Notes: generated from the sequence alone by a model not told the origin. A stretch of DNA of 64,000 bases from Mobula hypostoma (GCF_963921235.1 NC_086100.1:203176001-203240000); one strand, 5' to 3'; counted from the first letter of the stretch, positions 12,186-26,122 are shown. Program-made: numbers and translations.

Positions 12186-12554
12186 TTTTAACATCTTTGC
12201 AGATGAACACTTTAGCAAAATAAGAGTTAAGAGTATCCACTATGTCCTCCACTCATGATTTAACAGCCCACTGTTATTCCTAACTTTCCATTTAGCATTT
12301 TTTTATGATAAAAGTATTGACAAAATCTCTTGTGGTCAATCTTAATATTATCAGCAATATCCTTCTCAACCTGTCTTTGCTAAGCTGAATTTCCCACTTG
12401 ACTGTAGTTCTTATATTTTCATAAACCTTATTGTTAAAATGTATCGCTATTTTCTATTCTGTGTTCCTTAAAGAACTGTCTTTTCATCATATATATATAT
12501 ATATATCTTTGTTCATCCACGTAGTTGATCTGTTGTTTTCTTTGCGTCTCCTGA

Positions 12555-12885
12555 CATTGGAGTACCTGGTAAGGCTCTGAAAACCTGTGCCAACCAATTC
12601 ATGGGAGTATTCAAGGACATTTTCAACCTCTCACTTTTTCAGGCAGAAGTTCCCACTTGCTTCAAAAAAGCAATAATTATACCAGTGCGTAAGAAAAACA
12701 ATGCGAGCAGCCTTAATGATTATTGCTTTGTAGCACTAACATCTACAGCAATGAAATGTTTTGAGAGGTTTCTCATGACCAAACTGAACTCCTGTCTCAG
12801 CAAGAACTTGGACCCTTTGCAATTTACCTATTGCCACAATAAGTCAATGGCAGATACGATCTCAATGGCTCTTCACTCAGCTTCA
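12555..12885 (+). mobile_element. Rex1/Babar LINE RT fragment
   Basis: VFKDIFNLSL..VPTCFKKAIIIPV..LNDY..VALTSTAMKCFER..LDPLQF. Confidence 0.85.
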
Positions 12886-13429
12886 CTGGGTTTATTGTGT
12901 TCACTTTCCAGAAGTGGCTGCGTGACCTTGGCTTCACTAGAAGAGAGATCAAGTCAACCAGCAGGGCAGTAGCTGAGGCAGCAGAGACAGGATCAGCATG
13001 GGTGTGGACCAGGTATGTCCAGAGGGGCAGATAGTCAGACAGTGTATACATATCTTGCAAAACCTTCAGTAGTTGCATAGACACCTGAAGAGTAGACTAT
13101 CTGTTGGATGGAAGTGACCAACAACTCTGATAGAGGCAGATGCCAAGTTTTTAAGCTCACCGGTGGGAGGTGGTGCTTTAGCACTGCTGGCCCACCACCT
13201 CGAGGGATCTTGATCATAAGCGGGCCGAAACTCCTGAAGACAGGTGGCAGATCAACTGATGATCCCACTGGTGATAGCACAGGACAGATAACATCCTAGT
13301 CCACATGTATTTTCAATTCCAAAATACAATAATTGCACATTGTTCATTTAGATGGAGATGTAACGTAAAGATTTTTACTCCTCGTGTATGTGAAGGATGT
13401 AAGAAATAAAGTCAATTCAATTCACAAGA

Positions 13430-14045
13430 TGACAAGACAAAGGAGCAGAAGTAGGCTATTCGGCCCATCGAGTCTGCTCTGCCACTCCACTATGAGCTAA
13501 ACTATTCTCCTATCTAGTTCCAATTTACTGCTTTTCCCCATATCCCTTGATACCCTGACTAATTAGGTACCTATCAATCTCCTCCTGAAACACCCTCAAT
13601 GACCAGGCTTCCACAGCTGTGTGTGACAATGAATTCCATAAATCCACGACCCTCTGGCTAAAAAAAATTCTCCTCATCTCTGTTTTAAATGGGTACCCTC
13701 TAAATCTAAGAATGTGGCCTCTTGTCCTGGATTCACCCACCAAGTGAAACATCCTTTCCACATCTACTCTGTCCAACCCTTTCAACATTCGAAATGTTTC
13801 TATGAGATCCCCTCTCATTCTTCTATACTCTAATGAATACAGTCCAAGAGCCGACAAATGCTCCTCATATGTAAGACCCGGCATTCCAGGATCTTCTCTG
13901 AACTCTCTCCAACATCAGTACATCCCTTCTAAGATAGGGGGCCCAAAACTGCACACGGTATTCCAAATGAGGTCTCACCAGTGCTCCATAGAGCCTCATC
14001 AACACCTCCTTACTCTTATACACTATTCCTCTTGAAATGAATGCA
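13430..14045 (-). mobile_element. CR1 3' fragment
   Basis: ORF 13525..13884: LGLYSLEYRRMRGDLIETF...FFSQRVVDLWNSL. Confidence 0.88.
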
Positions 14046-14204
14046 ATTTATTCCTGTAGTGGAGGCATGTAGGACCAAAGCGCACAGTCTCAGAATAGAG
14101 AGACATCCATCTAGATCTAAAATAAAAAGCAATTGCTTCAGAAAGTGGGTAGTGAAACTGGAATTAATTGCCACAGACAGGTGTAGAGGTGAAGCCATTC
14201 AGTA

Positions 14205-16088
14205 CTATTGAGGAATATAGGGAAGCAAGAACGGAGCTTAAGAAGGAGCTGAGAAGAGCAAGAAGGGGGCATGAGAAGGCCTTGGCGAGTAGGGTAAAGG
14301 AAAATCCCAAGGCATTCTTCAATTATGTGAAGAAAAAAAGGATGACAGGAGTGAAGGTAGGACCGATTAGAGATAAAGGTGGGAAGATGTGCTTGGAGGC
14401 TGCGGAAGTGAGCGAGGTCCTCAAGGAATACTTCTCTTCAGTATTCACCAATGAGAGGAAACATGATGATGGTGAGGACAATTGCATATTGATATTAAGG
14501 GGGAGGAGGTGTTGGAGTTGTTAAAATACATTAGGAAGGATAAGTCCCTGGGACCTGACGGAATATTCCCCAGGCTGCTCCATGAGGCAAGGGAAGAGAT
14601 TGCTGAGCCTCTGGCTAGGATCCTTATGTCCTCGTTGTCCACGGGAATGGTACCAGAGAATTGGAGGGAGGCGAATGTTGTCCCCTTGTTCAAAAAAGGT
14701 AGTAGGGATAGTCTGGGTAATTATAGCCCAGTGAGCCTTATGTCTGTGGTGGGAAAGCTGTTGGAAAGGATTCTTAAAGATAGGATCTCTGGGCATTTAG
14801 AGAATCATGGTCTGATCAGGGACAGTCAGCATGGCTTTGTGAAGGGCAGATCGTGCCTAACAAGCCTGATAGAGTTCTTTGAGGAGGTGACCAGGCATAT
14901 AAATGAGGGTAGTGCAATGGATGTGATCTATATGGATTTTAGTACGGCATTTGACAAGGTTCCACACGGTAGGCTTATTCAGAAAGTCAGAAGGTATGGG
15001 ATCCAGGGAAGTTTAGTCAGGTGGATTCAGAATTGGCTTGCCTGCAGAAGGCAGAGGATGGTGGTGGAGGGAGTACATTCAGATTGGAGGATTGTGACTA
15101 GTGGTGTCCCACAAGGATCTGCTCTGGGACCTCTACTTTTCGTGATTTTTATTAACGACCTGGACGTGGGGGTAGAAAGGTGGGCTGGCAAGTTTGCAGA
15201 CGACACAAAGGCTGGTGGTGTTGTAGATAGTGTACAGGATTGTCAAAGATTGTAGAGAGACATTGATAAGATGCAGAAGTGGGCTGAGAAGTGGCAGATG
15301 GAGTTCAACCCGGAGAAGTGTGAGGTGGTACACTTTGGAAGGACAAACTCCAAGGCAGAGTACAAAGTAAATGGCAGGATACTTGGTAGTGTGGAGGAGC
15401 AGAGGGATCTGGGGTACATGTCCACAGATCCCTGAAAGTTGCCTCACAGGTAGATAGGGTAGTTAAGAAAGCTTATGGAGTGTTAGCTTTCATAAGTCGA
15501 GGGATAGAGTTTAAGTGTCGCGATGTAATGATGCAGCTCTATAAAACTCTGGTTAGGCCACACTTAGAGTACCGTGTCCAGTTCTGGTCACCTCACTATA
15601 GGAAGGATGTGGAAGCATTGGAAAGGGTACAAAGGAGATTTACCAGGATGCTGCCTGGTTTAGAGAGTATGTATTATGATCAGAGATTAAGGGAGCTAGG
15701 GCTTTACTCTTTGGAGAGAAGGAGGATGAGAGGAGACATAATAGAGGTGTGCAAGATAATAAGAGGAATAGATAGAGTGGATAGCCAGCGCCTCTTCCCC
15801 AGGACACCACTGCTCAATACAAGAGGACATGGCTTTAAGGTAAGGGGTGGGAAGTTCAAGGGGGATATTAGAGGAAGGTTTTTCACTCAGAGAGTGGTTG
15901 GTGTGTGGAATGCGCTGCCTGAGTCAGTGGTGGAGGCAGATACACTAGTGAAGTCTAAGAGACTACTAGATAGGTATATGGAGGAATTTAAGGTGGGGGT
16001 TTATATCGGAGGCAGGGTTTGAGGGTCAGCACAACATTGTGGGCTGAATGGACTGTACTGTGCTGTACTATTCTATGTTCTATGTTCT
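14205..16088 (+). mobile_element. CR1 LINE (second subfamily), 5'-truncated, with stops and frameshifts
   Basis: ORFs 14168..14524, 14482..15255 and 15480..16022 carry RT motifs. (TTCTATG)n tail at ~16070-16088. Confidence 0.92.
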
Positions 16089-17479
16089 AGTGCAAAAGGA
16101 AGATTGATGGGTTTTTGATTAGTCAGTGCATCCATGTGTTATGGGGAACAGGTAAGCGAATGGTGTTAAAACGGATGAAAAAAACTCAGCCATCGTGGAG
16201 TAGACTGGATTTGGCGGAATTGCCTAAGTCTGCCCCTATTTCTTATGGTCCGAGTTAGTGTTCCAGGATAAAAAGATGCAGGGAAGGTGGGAGGGTGGGG
16301 GGGCGGGGGAGCAGTGTGGATACCATCTTGAGTGCAATGAACAGGATAATGATCTGTATAGAGGACATTATTCGTTGCTGAAACATCTAACGAGGCCTTA
16401 TGGATACTAATTAGACATAAGGATATGGCATCATAGCAACCCCTACAGTCAGCAGAAATGGGAATCACGGATATGCAGTGAGACTGCAGTTGTAAACACA
16501 ATACGGCAGTATTAGTAAGAGATTTTAATTTCGTAATATTGACTGCGCATTTCATAGTGTAAAAGGCATGGAGCTGAATTTGTGAAATGTGTCCAAGAAA
16601 GCTTCCTTCATCAAGATAGAGAAGAACACTGCTTGAGTGGGTACAACACTGGGACTCCTTCCGGATGATGTAGTGTAAGTGGCACAATTGTCTGTTAGTG
16701 AGCAGTTTGGCTCCAATAACCAGAATTTTCATAGCTTTTAACATGGTTATGGTGAACAATGCAATCCATTAACATGTTAAGTTCTTGATCAGTATTAAAG
16801 CAAAGTTAGGAGCCATTAAGCGGGGTCTTGCAGTGGTTGACTGGGCAAGATTGTTTACAGGAAAGATGCATCTGACAACTGGGAGGCCTTTAAAAGTGTG
16901 ATATCAGGAGTTCAGGATTTGCATGCTCCTTTTAGGGTAAAGAACAAGGCTGTCTGGTTTCAATAATTCTGATTGATGAGAGATACTAAAGCCGTGGTTG
17001 AGAAAGTGGAAACAGCCTACTTCCATTTACTCTTGTGCCCAAAGGAACTAGCTTCACTCACCTTCACTTGCCCCATCATTGAAATATTTGCACAGCCAAT
17101 GAACTTACTTTCAAGGACACCTCAACTCAAATTCTCAGTATTTATTGATAATTTAATTGTTGTGTGTTCTTTTTGCATTTGCACAGTTTGTTGTCCTCCG
17201 CACTCTGAATGCCCAAGGGGGAAGGACTTCCATTGATTCTGTTATAGTTATTATTCTACAGATTTGTTAAGTAGACAAGAAAATTATATGGTGTATATAG
17301 TGACCAAAATGTACCTTGAACTCCTGTCTATTGTCTTCACCTCTTCCTTCCTGTTTTAAAGATTATCGTTATTTGTCACAGTTACATCAAAACATGTAGA
17401 ACAATTCATCTTTTCCATTTCTATTTAATCCTGTCTATTTGCCTTGATCACTGGACCGTAAACCACTAGAATCATCAAT

Positions 17480-18187
17480 TCCATGAAAAGGTTATCATGA
17501 AGCAGAAGTCACGAGATCGATGAAAGTAAATTTCCAAGTCACTGAATATTCCTTAAAGTACAGTTAAGTCAATAATCAAACATTGGAAAGAATATTACAC
17601 AGGTGTAAATCTGCCAACAGCAGGCTGTCCACAAGTACTGAGAGATTGTGCAAGAAGTGGACTAGTGATGGAGGCCACCAAGCAACCTATGATAAATCGG
17701 GAGGAGTTACAAGCTTCAGTGGCGGAGGTAGGAGAGACTGCGCATAAATAACTGTTGCCTGGGTACTTCACCAATTTTCTTCCTTTCAATAGCCTTTCAT
17801 GCAGTTGCTTGGAGTCTTCAGTCTTCATAGTGTAGTTTTTGCCAAGGCATCGGCAATTGGCCCTGCCAGATACAACTGTATTTTTACTACAGTCAATTGA
17901 AACCTCCTGACCGCACACGGTGATCTCCTTTTAAATATTTATGTGTCTTCTAAAACAAATTGGCTGTACCAGTGATGGTTTGCTGTGTCATATTAAAGGG
18001 GCAGAATACTTATGCAATCAATTATTGTGTTTCATCACGTTGTAGATATCTGTTTTCACTTTGGCACAAAAGCTCTTTATCTGTTGATTAGTGTAAAAAA
18101 AGCCAGATTATATCCACTGCATTAAATGTTGTAAAACAATTAGACATGAAAACTTCCGAGGGAGAATGAATACTTTATTAGGCACTG
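17480..18187 (+). mobile_element. Degenerate Tc1/mariner DNA transposon remnant
   Basis: Repeated ggg..gaatactt sub-terminal motif and terminal ...cactg followed by TA at 18183-18189. Transposase-like 5' remnant. Paralog at 38660-39383. Confidence 0.65.
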
Positions 18188-19599
18188 TAACAGTGTGATA
18201 GATGTTGTCCCTCATCCTGCTGCTGTGTGTTCTTACACTTTTTTGACTGCTGCCCAATGGAAAGTGTGAGAAGAGAGAATGACAGGGCTGGGAATGATCT
18301 TTGATCATGTTAACTGCTTTCCTGGGGCAGCAGCAAATGCAGGTGATCAATGGAGGGGAGGCAAGTTTTTGTGACAGGCTGAGATGTGTTTATAAAGTCC
18401 TCCTCTGTTATGACCTCACATCTTGCCACTCCTCACTCATCAGGATTGAACATCATTTACCATTCCTCAGCCTAATCCCCAGGCTGTTCAAGAATCCCTT
18501 TCATCAGAGTCAAAATCAGAATCAGGTTTGTTATCAGCGGCATATTTCGTGAAATTTGTTGAATTAACAGCTGTTCAATGCAATACATGATAATATAGAA
18601 AGGAAAAAAATAAACAAGTAAGTCAATTACAGTAAACGTATATACATATTGAATCAGTGAAAAATAAAGAAATAATACAGACTAAAAAGTGACGTAGTGT
18701 TCATGGATTCAATGCCTATTCAGAAATCATATGGCAGAGGGGACGAAGCTGTTCAAGAATCACTGCGTGTGTGCCTACAGGCTTCGGTACCTCCTTCTTG
18801 ACCATAACAATGAGAAAAGAGCATGCCCTGAGTGATGGGAGTCCTTCATTACAGAAGTCATCTTTATGAGGTACTGTGAATTGAAGATGTCATGGAAACT
18901 GACTTTATAAATTTCAGTACATTCTTTCGGGACGCCACCCACTCCCGCCCGACAGTGATGCAGTCTGGGAGAATAGTCTCCATGGTACCTTAATAGAGGT
19001 TTTTGAGTGTTTCAGTTGAGAAACCAAATCACTTCAAACTCTTAATGAAATAGAACCATGTCATGTTTTCTTTATAGCCGCATTGTTATTTTGGAAGCAG
19101 GTTAGATCCTCAGACAGCCTGACTCCTAGCAACTCCAGTCACTGGAAAGCGGCCAGTGAAATGTTTGCACAAGCAGTGAACTTATTTTCAAGGACACTTC
19201 AACTCAAATTCTCAGTATTTATTGATAATTTAATTGTTGTGTCTTCTTTTTGCATTTGCACAGTTTGTTGTCCTCCACAATCTGAACGCCCAAGGGGGAA
19301 GGACTTCCATTGATTCTGTTATAGTTATTATTCCACAGATTTGTTAATTAGACAAGAAAATTATATGGTGTATATGGTGACCAAAATGTACCTTGAACTC
19401 CTGGTTTGTTCTTCATCAAATTCTAGTATTGCTTTGCACTGCTGTAACTATATGTTATAATTATGTGGTTCAGTCAGTGTTAGTCTTTGGTTTGTCCTGC
19501 TTTCTGTGATATCACTCCGGAGAAACATTGTATCATTTCTTAATGCATGTATGCATTCCTAAATGACAATATAAGAGGACTGATTGTTCTCATAATCTA

Positions 19600-21160
19600 A
19601 TGATGTAGTAGGCATTATGGAGTCTTGGCTGACACCAGGGCAGGAATGGATTCTCAATATTCCTGGATTTCAGTGCTTTAAAAGGGATAGAGTGGGGGGA
19701 AAGGGGGAGGAGGGGTGGCATTACTGGTCAGGGATACTATTACAGCTACAGAAAGGGTGGGTAATGTAGCAGGATCCCCTTTTGAGTCAGTATGGGTGGA
19801 AGTCAGGAGCAGGAAGGGAGCAGTTACTCTATTGGGGGTATTCTATAGGCCCCCTGGTAGCAGCAGAGATAGAGAGGAGCAGATTGGGAGGCAGATTTTG
19901 GAAAGGTGCTAAAATAACAGGTTTGTTATCATGGGTGAATTTAACTTCCCTAATATTGATTGGCACCTGATTAGTTCCAAGGGTTTGGATGGGGCAGAGT
20001 TTGTTAAGTGTGTCCAGGATGGATTCCTGTCACAGTATGTGGACAGGCAAACTATGGGGAATGCCACACTAGATCTAGTACTAGGTAATGAACCGGGTCA
20101 GGTCACAGATCTCTCAGTAGGTGAGCACCTGGGGGACAGTGACCACCGCTCCCTGGCCTTTAACATTATCATGGAAAAGGTCAGAATCAGAGGACAGGAA
20201 AATTTTTATTTGGGGAAGGGCAAATTACAAGCCTATAAGGCTAGGATTTGCGGGTGTGAGTTGGGATGATGTTTTTGCAGGGAAATGTACTATGGACATG
20301 TGGTCGATATTTAGAGATCTCTTGCAGGATGTTAGGGATAAATTCGACCCGGTTAGGAAGATAAAGAATGGTAGGGTGAAGGAACCATGGGTGACAAGTG
20401 AGGAAGAAAATCTAGTCCAGTGGAAGAAGGCAGCACACTTGAGGTTTTGGAAGCAAGGATCAGATGGGTCTATTGAGGAATATAGGGAAGTAAGAAAGGA
20501 GCTTACAAAGGGGCTGAGAAGAGCAAGAAGGGGGCATGAGAAGGCCTTGGTGAATAGGGTAAAGGAAAACCCCAAGGCATTCTTCAATTATGTGAAGAAC
20601 AAAAGGATAACAGCAATGAAGGTAGGACCGATTGGAGATAAAGGTGGGAAGATGTGCCTGGAGGCTCTGAAAGTGAACGAGGTCCTCAATCAATACCTCT
20701 CTTCGGTATTCACCAATGAGAGGGAACGATGACGGTGAGGACAATATGAGAGCGGTTGATGTTCTGGTTGATATTAAGGGAGAGGAGGTGTTGGAGTTGT
20801 TAAAATACATTAGGACGGATAAGTCCCCGGAGCCTGACGGAATATTCCCCAGGCTGCTCCACAAGGCGAGGGAGGAGATTGCTGAGCCTCTGGCTAGGAT
20901 CTTTATGTCCTCGTTGTCCATGGGAATGGTACCGGAGGATTGGAGGGAGTCGAATGTTGTCCCCTTGTTCAAAAAAGTTAGTAGGACTAGTCCGGGTAAT
21001 TATAGACCATTGAGCCTTACGTCTGTGGTTGGAAAGCTGTTGGAAAAGATTCTTAAAGATAGGATCTCTGGGCATTTAGAGAATCATGGTCTGATCAGGG
21101 ACAGACAGCATGGCTTTATGAAGGGCAGATCGTGTCTAACAAGCCTGATAGAATTCTTTG
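19600..21160 (+). mobile_element. CR1 ORF2 fragment (EN to mid-RT), 3' end missing
   Basis: VFYRPP, MGEFNFP, LGDSDH, KSPEPDG, NYRPLSLTS; ends at LIEFF. Confidence 0.9.
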
Positions 21161-21323
21161 TCCTCACCGTCATCAAGCTCCCTCTCATTGGTGAATACCG
21201 AAGAGAAGTATTCATTGAGGACCTTGCTTACTTCCACAGCCTCCAGGCACATCTTCCCACCTTTATCTCCAACCGGTCCTACCTTCACTCCTCTCATCTT
21301 TTTGTTCTTCACATAATTGAAGA
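21160..21323 (-). mobile_element. Inverted CR1 fragment of the same subfamily abutting the previous element
   Basis: Diverged reverse complement of ~20580-20742 (FNYVKNKK...FSSVFTNERELDDGED). Confidence 0.85.
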
Positions 21324-22289
21324 GAGCTCTATGATCGGTGTTTGTGATGCCCTCCCTCATGCAAAAGCTTGCTAGCCACATATTTAAGTGTACTAGCTTG
21401 CATTATCCAGATTGTTAGCCACACCTTTAAGTGTACCAACTTACACTTATCTCTTACTTTGCAAGCATGTGGTACCTGGAGATAGCCTGAGATCCCCACC
21501 CCAAGTTCCCACTTCTTAACTTTCTGACGAACTCTCCAAATTCTCTTTGCATGATCTTGTCTCTCTGGTGTTACTTCTGGGAAGGACCTCTGACTGCTCG
21601 CCCTGCTCTTTCAGAATGTCCAGTACTTTCTCACAGACATACTTGGACCCAGCATGATAGAGGAAACGTACCATCCTGCAATCTCACTCATTTCCACCGA
21701 TACTCCTGACTGTGTACCCCCGCCCAAAGTGTTTGTTTGCTACATGTGAATCATACCCTTCCATTCCCTGTATATTTATGTGCTTTCTAATAGCCTCTTG
21801 GTAATGAAAATTGTTTTAAAATTCATCCATTGTATTATGCTTGGTTCAGCTCAAGGTATTTACAGATGCATTGGCAAACAAGGGAGACTGCACACGTGTT
21901 GAAACAAAACACATTATTAGAATATATATCTCTGAAACAGCAACAAGTTCAAGTTAAAGCATTTTGTCCACAATTGTAAAGAAGTTAAAATTTTCTACAG
22001 GAAGATATTTAAAGCTGGCAGTGAGAAGGGAAACCCACAGAAAGGGGAAGAGTGGAAAAGGGAGGGTGATTGAAAGGACGGGTTATGACGGGAAGAGGAG
22101 TGGAAGATAAAGAAGAAAATAAACTCCAAGGTCAGGCGGTTTTGTGAGAACATGGAAGCGGGGGTAACAGGTTCGCCTAAAGCTTCAATTTAACAGGACG
22201 GGACGTGAGGTGGAGAAAGGATTTCTGTGGAATGGTGAGGCTAGTGATGCCGTCGGAATCAGTTCTAAACAGCTGTTTTGTTACTCAAT

Positions 22290-22530
22290 GGCAATAGGCA
22301 CACACAATGGAAAAGAGTAAACAGTTGAGAGGACTCTGATGACGGGTCACGGAACGAAACGCTCGGAGTTTACTCTTTTCCATAATAGAACCTGTCCCGC
22401 TGAGTTCCGCCAGCATCTTGTGCGTGGAAAAGTATAAAAGTAGACATTTCGGGCCGAAGCCCTTCATCAGGATCTGATTTTCTGTGCATTGTTTGTATTT
22501 CGAGTATCTACGATTTTCTTGTGTTCGTTT
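22290..22530. mobile_element. Rearranged PLE-end elements with two oppositely oriented degenerate hammerhead cores, 3' of GPCR copy 2
   Basis: Plus-strand core CTGATGA(22336)...GAAA(22356). Minus-strand core CTGATGA-agggcttcggccc-GAAA-tgTC at ~22443-22470. Confidence 0.65.
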
Positions 22531-22624
22531 TGTAACTCTGCTCATCAAATTATTTCCATTTACCCACAAGTGGGGGGATAGAACAGGGAGCATGAAGGCG
22601 CTGAATTATAATACTTTACAGCAT

Positions 22625-23532
22625 TTATTTCTCACGTTTCTTGAATTTCAAAATCCAATTCAGCGGATATTTCATACCATTCTTTAGTTCCTCTCGGAAT
22701 TTGCTCTGAGTCAGGGCGTAAATACACGTGTTGGTGCAGGAACTAAGGACCTGCAGCATTGCCGATGTGTGTTCTGTGATGTAACGGGGATCGGTGACAG
22801 AATAAACAAAACTCATTGAAATCCGTCTATAGAAAGAAAATACCACTAGTGCTCCCCATAACAATATGGAACTACCGGTTACGCTGAAGAGCAAAACGAT
22901 GGATTTGCGTCGGTTCTCCATCTCCCGGTCCTTGTCATTCTCTCCACTCTTTTGTCGCCGGAGCCTCCTACGGGCTCGACTGGCCGCTAGAATCCGCCTG
23001 ACAGTCAGAATATTGAACAGCAACATCAGAAAGAATGGGACGCAAGGGTAGAAAATGCGGTGAAAAATCTCAAATGCGGCCCATGAGGGAGAGTTTCTGT
23101 AGCTCGGTGTAAAAACACAGTACCAGGGAACTCCATCAATTATTTCCATAGGTTCGTAGATAAAAACCCAGGGGACAGTCTCCAAACAGACCACCACACT
23201 CACTGTCCCGATAACCACAGCCGCCGTTCTCTCGGTGCAATATTTTGTTTTCAGCTTCTCACAGCAAATAGCCACAAATCGATCGACGGTGAAAGCGACA
23301 GTCAGCCAGACCGAGGCCGCCGTGCTCGGAAATGTCAACCAATCACCGAGTCTGCACACAGGAGTGATGAACAGGAATGATTTGGGAAAATAAATCTCAG
23401 CAGTCCACCTCAGCAGCGGGTCGGAGATAACGACCAGGAGATCGGCCGCTGCCATTCCCACCAGGTAGCGAGTGACACATTTGGAGAGACCGCACTTTCC
23501 CCGGGACAGGATCACAATCGCCACCAAGTTCA
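22625..23532 (-). CDS. GPR139/GPR142-like class A GPCR, exon 2 (intact)
   Basis: Acceptor ctctttAG|TG. Hydrophobic TM segments with AAADLLV (TM2), VDRFVAICC (DRY-like), VPW (TM4) and CTNTCIY (NPxxY-like). Open to the stop at 22625. Confidence 0.93.
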
Positions 23533-24798
23533 CTAAAGAGAGACAAGGAACAGAATTTGCGAAAACATTGAACAGCAGCCAATGCAGCAGTTTGAGTGAT
23601 CCTGTAATATTTCCACTTTATTATTACATTTAGCGGTGGGAGGGTCCGGAGAGAGCGCTCAGCTGGCGGAGACAGATAAGGAGTTTACAGAGTAAACTAA
23701 AGGCAATATAATCTGAATACGGATGAAACGATTAAATCCGGGCGTTGCTGGAGGGATTTTTCCATTACTTTCCATGAAGTTAAATCATCAACTTCCATGG
23801 TGATCCCTCTCTTCGACAGAAGAGCCGAAGAAAGGAACAAAAGCAGAAAATGCTGGAAACGCTCATCCAGGCAAAACAGAATATGTGGAAAAACAGTTAA
23901 GGTATCACTCCTCTGAACAGTACTCAGAGAGACCCCTAACACGAGTGTTAACTGGTTTCTCTTTCCATACAAAGTGCCTGTGGATTAGCGCTTCCAGCGT
24001 TCACCGAGTTTGTTTCCTATTCCAGCATTTGCCACTTCACTGACTTTAGAACAGTACATTGACTGATTCCAGCATATACAGCGCAGTCTGACACAAAGTC
24101 ACAGACAGACATGACGCCTCCCGCTGAATCCATCATAGGGTAGTGTCGGAGAGGAATTCAACGTCCAGCAGCAAACTCGATGCCACAGATGTCTGTAACC
24201 GTGTCCGATGTAGATATAATGGAATACATTTCACAGCATCGATAACTGTGAAGCACCGCGTCGCTTGTGATAATCGGCTCAGTAAATATTTCATTTTGTT
24301 GTCCATGAACTGTTTTGTATTCAGTCATATTGCACATTTATTAAAAATCAACAATAGTTCCGTGCTAAAATACCAACTCCTGACATTTGCTATACCACTC
24401 AATGGTTAGGCTATTGTACCTAACTCAGACAATCTCTCACATACAAAGGTAGACAATTAATTGGTGAAGTGTCCGCGGGCTGTATAAATACAATATTTAT
24501 AAATGCAGTGCAGCTGCTACAAGACCAAAAAGCACAGAGACCCGAATATTCCATTATTGATCACAAACCGCTGGGGGAACGCTGCCGAACCCATTCAGAT
24601 CCACAGATGTTGGCCGATTCGCTAACTTCCAGCAGCCGTTTGTTTTTAGATCCGGATCCCAGAATCCAGAGTCCCGGTGTTTCCATTACAATCCTGAATT
24701 GCGGAATATCAGGATTGTAATGTGACAGCAGCAGGAACAATCAAGACATTGGAAATAAACATGATTTTTCAGCAACGGCAGCTGACAATGCGGTTTAC

Positions 24799-24868
24799 CG
24801 GGAATTCCAAAGGCTGAAATAAAAGGATAGTAAACTTCTCGTATCCGCCAGATGACTGGATAAACCAT
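24799..24868 (-). CDS. GPR139/GPR142-like GPCR, exon 1; spliced product 325 aa
   Basis: ATG at 24868 encodes MVYPVIWRIREVYYPFISAFGIP+G, then donor GTAAAC. Phase 1 joins TG at 23532 to give ...YYPFISAFGIPVNLVAIVILS. Conserved in copy 1. Confidence 0.9.
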
Positions 24869-25319
24869 TTCATTGAGAATCAGTGATTTCTGTTTGCCCT
24901 GAATCCACAGTTCCAGCAGAGATTGAGCAGATGCCTCATAACAACCCTGATTTATACAGTGCATCGATCTCTAGAGATGCCGTTATAAACCTCACAACGT
25001 TCTTAGTTACAGTCGTTTGATCAAACACTTTAATTCAACACCATTGACTCTGATGTAAATATTGGACGTATTGAAGACAAATGTATCAAAGTTCTTGGGC
25101 ACTACCTCGGCATTGAGACCGGTGGAAAGGCCAGTAGCTTGTATCACAATGACTGAGCCTGGTCACTGAGCAGCTACGTTTACAAATTACATTTTTGTTG
25201 GGTAATTATTAATCTTTCAGCGAAGTCCAGCGACACTGTTCTACCCCTGACTTCTGTCCAGCAGCTGGCAATGTCCTCCAGTCACTCAGCTTCTTCGTGG
25301 TCGGGCGAGCACACGAGTA

Positions 25320-25337
25320 CAGACACACACACACACA

Positions 25338-25410
<73 letters not shown>

Positions 25411-25628
25411 GCGCACACACACACACGCACACACACACGCACACACACACACGCGCACACACACACACACACACACACGCGCACACACACACACACACAG
25501 ACACACACACACACAGACACACACACACACAGACACACACACACACACACGCACACACACGCACACACACACACACACACACACTTACTTGTACACACAC
25601 ACTCACACACACACACACACACACACAG

Positions 25629-25660
<32 letters not shown>

Positions 25661-25707
25661 ACACACACGCGCACACACAGACACACACACACACAGACAC
25701 ACAGACG

Positions 25708-25739
<32 letters not shown>

Positions 25740-25852
25740 CACACACACACACAGACACACACAGACACACACACACACACACAGACACACACACACACAC
25801 ACACACACGCACTTACTTGTACACGCGCACGCACACGCACACACACACACAC

Positions 25853-25902
<50 letters not shown>

Positions 25903-26065
25903 ACACACACACACGCACACACACACACGCGCACACACACACACACACAGACACACACACATACACACACGCACACACACACACACACACACACGCACAC
26001 ACACACACGCACACACACACACACACGCACACACACACACTTACTTGTACACGCGCACGCACACA

Positions 26066-26098
<33 letters not shown>

Positions 26099-26122
26099 AC
26101 TTGTACACGCGCACGCACACAG

